In this document: piece by piece, positions 60,427 through 64,000 of the stretch
Layout of the letters: each line of letters opens with the position of its first letter
Numbering within the stretch: the stretch's first letter is position 1
Origin: Candidatus Bathyarchaeota archaeon
Lineage (GTDB): Archaea > Thermoproteota > Bathyarchaeia > Bathyarchaeales > Bathycorpusculaceae
Reading direction: 5' to 3'
NCBI GenBank assembly: GCA_963739305.1
Contig: CAVTZU010000020.1
Span: 64,001-128,000, forward strand
Length of the DNA stretch: 64,000 bases
The notes under the pieces: generated by a model
What the model was told of the DNA's origin: nothing
What the model saw: the letters and a program-made list of their open reading frames with translations, nothing else
The model's database searches: none
Position numbers and translations under genes: made by a program

Positions 60427-63306
60427 TCATGGGTAGTGTTGGTTGAAGTGGTTCGCGAGGATTATGGCGTCGTAGATGTCGATTGCGTTGTCGCTGTTGA
60501 TGTCGGCGTTGGCATTCCAGTGCGAATTGCCCGGGTTGGTGTTGAAACCGCCTGCAAGCGTTATCGCGTCGTAAATGTCGACGATTCCGTCGCCGTTGAG
60601 GTCGCCTGGAACAGTCACTTTAACAATTCCGCCTGTGAAGTTGTTGTTCGCCATGTTGGTTTCACCTGGAACAGGCCAAGCATAAGCACTCAACGTGTAG
60701 TTGCCATACGCAAGGCCCAGGGTGTTCCACGTGAACGTGAGAATCAACGGGCACATCGCCTGCAGGTTATTGATCTGCCGCGTGCCTAGCGCCTTATCGC
60801 TTGCGTAGCAGGTAACGTTGAACGTCTCAGCATATTCGCCGTCGTCGGCAACGACGACGGTCACATTACAGCTGAAGCCTTGTCCAATCCACCTCTTCGC
60901 AGTCAAAACGCTCATGACCGCGACGGAGTGGCCAGCTGCGGTGGTCCAAGGCTTCATGAGCGGATAACGGTCAGTGCTGTTGGTGGCAATTACGTAAGGT
61001 GTGTCTCCTATGCCGTCGGCTCCCGTCACGTTCTGGTACGGGCCACTCTTTTGGTCAACTCCAGAATACGTGCTCCAGTAGTTGCCGCCAGACGGGTAAC
61101 CATCGTCCCACGCGTTGTTTCCCGTTGCCAACACCGTTATCTGTGCGGTGGCCAAAAAGTCGTTGTGGTAAATGACGTTTGCCGAATTTGCCACGTTCAA
61201 CACGATTTGATTTCCAGATACAACGTTCTCATAGACCATGTTTCCGCTAGCCCCAACGTTAAGGGTCACGGTGGCTTGTGAGTTGATCATGTTGTCGTGT
61301 ACGGTGTTGCCGACCGTGGAAGTTGCCAATTCAATTGGAGTCGGCGTGTCTTGGAACAGATTGTTGTAAATGGCGTTGTTGGTGGCTGTGCTTCCCTCAA
61401 TCATGATTCCGGTGTCACCTAAAGAAGCGAATATGTTGCAGTAGATTCCGCAGTTGCTGGCGTTGACGACGGATACTCCCTCGTTGAAAGAGGTTATCAC
61501 GATTCCTGTCACAACCGAGCCAGAGGCTCCAGACAGTAGGGTGATGCAGACTCCGGATCCTCCTCCGCTGAAGATGGGCGGGTCTTTTTCGCCTATTATC
61601 GTCAGCGTCTTGTTGACGGTCAGTGACTCGCTGTAGAAGCCCGAGGCGATTATGACGGTTGCTCCCGGTGGCGCAGCATTGATTGCTGCTTGAACGTCGT
61701 GTAGTTTTTGCTGTAATAGACAGGTCCGCCTGACGTTACAGTCAATATGGTGCTGCCGCTGCTTGGTATGTTGTTTGAGTCTCCACTGTAATAGGCGGCG
61801 ATGGTCATGGAACCCGTGAAGTTGTCGGTGTACGTGGTGGAACAGGTTCCGTTTGACAGGTTGCAAACGGACTGGTTGAAAAAGCCGGTGCTGCTGCTCG
61901 TGCTCCAAGTGACCGTGCCCGTGGGGTTAAACCCAGAGACGGTGGCGGTACAGGTAACGGGCGAGCCCCTAGAGACAGGGTTTGGTGAACAAAAGACGGA
62001 CGTCAGAGATCCCGTCACCGAACCCAAAGCTTGCATAAGTGGATAATGATCCTGATCCGTGTTGTTGCCGTTTATGCCGTAAGGCGTGTCTCCGATTCCG
62101 TCGCTGCCTGTTTCATTCTGATAGGGACCGCTGTACAAGTCCGTCCCAGCATAGCCACTCCAGAAGTTGCCGCCAGACGGGTAACCATTATCCCAAACAT
62201 TAGTTGAGCCTGAAGAAGAAGTTTGACTGGTGTTGTTTACGAAGTTGTTATGGTAGATTATATTGTTAGAAGAAAAATGAAGTTCGATGCCATAATTGTT
62301 ATTTGTTACGTTGTTTCCGCTAAAGCTGTTATTAGAAGAAGAATCGAGATAGATGCCATCATCGGTGTTTGCTGTTATGTTATTTCCGACCACGTTATTA
62401 TAGGAAGAATTTAAATCGAGCATGACGCCAGCATATCCGTTTGCTGCTATGTTGTTTCCGCTCAAGCTGTTATTAGATGAATAACCGATAGCGATGCCAT
62501 TCAAGCTGTTTGCTTTTATGTTGTTTCCGACTATGCTGTTGGTGGAAGAAGAGCTGTTACCGAAAAGTGCTATTGTAGGGAAAGCGAGATTGATGCCATC
62601 CCCGTGTTTGCTGTTATGTTATTTCCGCCACGTTATTATAAGAAGAATAGAAATCGAGCCAGACGCCAGCAAATCCGTTTGCCATTATGATGTTTCCGCT
62701 CACGTTGCTATAAGAAGAAGACTCAAGCCCGATGCCACGGATGTTGTTTAGTACTTTGTTTCCGAGTACTTTGTTATTAGAAGAAGAAGAGAGCCAGATG
62801 CCAGCAGTGTTATTTGTTATGTTGTTTCCGCTAAAGCTGTTATTAGAAGAAGAATTGAGATAGATGCCATACCCGCTGTTTTCTGTTATGTTGTTTTCGT
62901 CCAAGCCGTTATTAGAGGAAGAAAGGAGGTAGATGCCATACCAGAATGCGGTGACTTTCATGTTTTCGATTATTATGTTGCTTCCTCCTGTCCATATTCC
63001 ACAAGAGAGTGGATCGTTTATGCCCTGTAGCGTGTGGCCTGCTCCGTTTAATGCGATGTTGTTTCTTTGTATGATGATTGCGATATTGTCTGTTACGTTT
63101 CCTGTTATGTTGTCTGTTAACGTGTAGGTCACGTTGTCAACGCTGGAAATCGGTGCGGTTGGCGGGCTTATGCTTCCGTCGGCCTGTATGTAGATGGTTT
63201 GGGTCCATGTATAATCGGATTTGACTGGTTGAACGTTAAGCGCAACTATAAACAAGCCCGTTAACAGCATTCCGATTATTATTCCAGAAACAGTCTTCCT
63301 AAACAA
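60427..63306 (-). CDS. Secreted beta-helix + Ig-like + CARDB + dockerin protein, split by frameshifts
   Basis: ORFs 62614-63324, 61650-62504 and 60427-61908 form one paralog of the array family. Confidence 0.8.
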
Positions 63307-63496
63307 CCTAGCTCCTCCCTCCAAGTACTATTCTGAGTGACAAACTATTATCTCTTGTGCGATTAACGGTTCATGAACACGTCATGTTTGATTCAAACTC
63401 GAAAAATATCGGATACAAAACAAGAGAGAAAAAAAGGAGTGTGCAGGGGAAGTGGAGATGTCGCAGCGCACGCGAGAATTAGGCGTTGAGCACGCA

Positions 63497-64000
63497 CTAC
63501 TCGACATTTATTGCCGCTGTGCCGTACGTGCCTGTGATATCTCTTGTCGAAGTGTCGATGTTTATGTCACTGATTATGCTGTTGCCCATGTCCCTTCCTA
63601 AAGTCGGGTTAGGGTGCATTCCTGTGTAGTAGCTGTTGCACCAATCATAGTCCAATGCGCCGTTTATTCTAACGTGGTAGGTACCAGGTTGTGTTGGAGC
63701 CGTGAAAGAAAATGGAATAGTATGAAGGTTGTGTGAGGACGGTGAAGCAACGCCGGAATCCAGATTAGCTAATGCCACCGTTGGGTTCCAATCACCGAAT
63801 GCTGAAGCCAGCCACACTGGCACATTCGTGGTTTCAAGCTCCCAGATCGATACTACCGCTTGCACCGTTTGTCCAGGTGAAACGGTGATAGATGTTTCAT
63901 GCTCTGACGTGGCGCTGTTCATGTCAAGGTAGTCGAGTTGGAACGGGTCTCCTCCGTCGCTTCCCCACTTGTACTCGTGGAATAATAGCCAAGCGGAATA
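63497..64000 (-). CDS. C-terminal part of an extracellular Ig-like protein (5' end outside window)
   Basis: Open frame to window edge; FSFTAPTQPGTYHV. Confidence 0.65.
   Translation of the reverse strand, partial: YSAWLLFHEYKWGSDGGDPFQLDYLDMNSATSEHETSITVSPGQTVQAVVSIWELETTNVPVWLASAFGDWNPTVALANLDSGVASPSSHNLHTIPFSFTAPTQPGTYHVRINGALDYDWCNSYYTGMHPNPTLGRDMGNSIISDINIDTSTRDITGTYGTAAINVE

Overview
Archaeal chromosomal window, most likely Bathyarchaeia (inferred from gene content: NosD-like beta-helix/dockerin surface proteins, Lrp/AsnC regulators, GGAGGTGA RBS, BRE-TATA promoters). Layout: (1) 1-9.6 kb, a patchwork of small accessory genes and gene fragments, including a radical SAM/SPASM protein and a PriS-like AEP with a C-terminal extension; (2) 9.6-23.7 kb, a tandem array of seven secreted beta-helix proteins with near-identical signal-peptide and dockerin ends, one also carrying a cohesin; (3) 23.9-40.3 kb, HtpX, a giant TPR protein, an AT-rich luxE-luxC island flanked by a 21-bp direct repeat, a HEPN-like gene, a DUF5678/retropepsin operon and two glycosyltransferases; (4) 41.0-59.1 kb, a nearly complete HK97-type head-tail morphogenesis cluster with a -1 frameshifted tail chaperone, a short tape measure and an ABC-ATPase/GNAT fusion, but no visible integrase, replication or repressor genes (candidate gene transfer agent or domesticated provirus); (5) further beta-helix genes. 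A palindrome GCGCGCGC (extended consensus TTAGCGCGCGCTAA) is strongly over-represented across the window and sits at gene and fragment junctions, resembling an archaeal HIP1-like recombination signal. Many 1-bp frameshifts suggest a partly unpolished assembly. All family assignments come from motif recognition by eye, not database searches.
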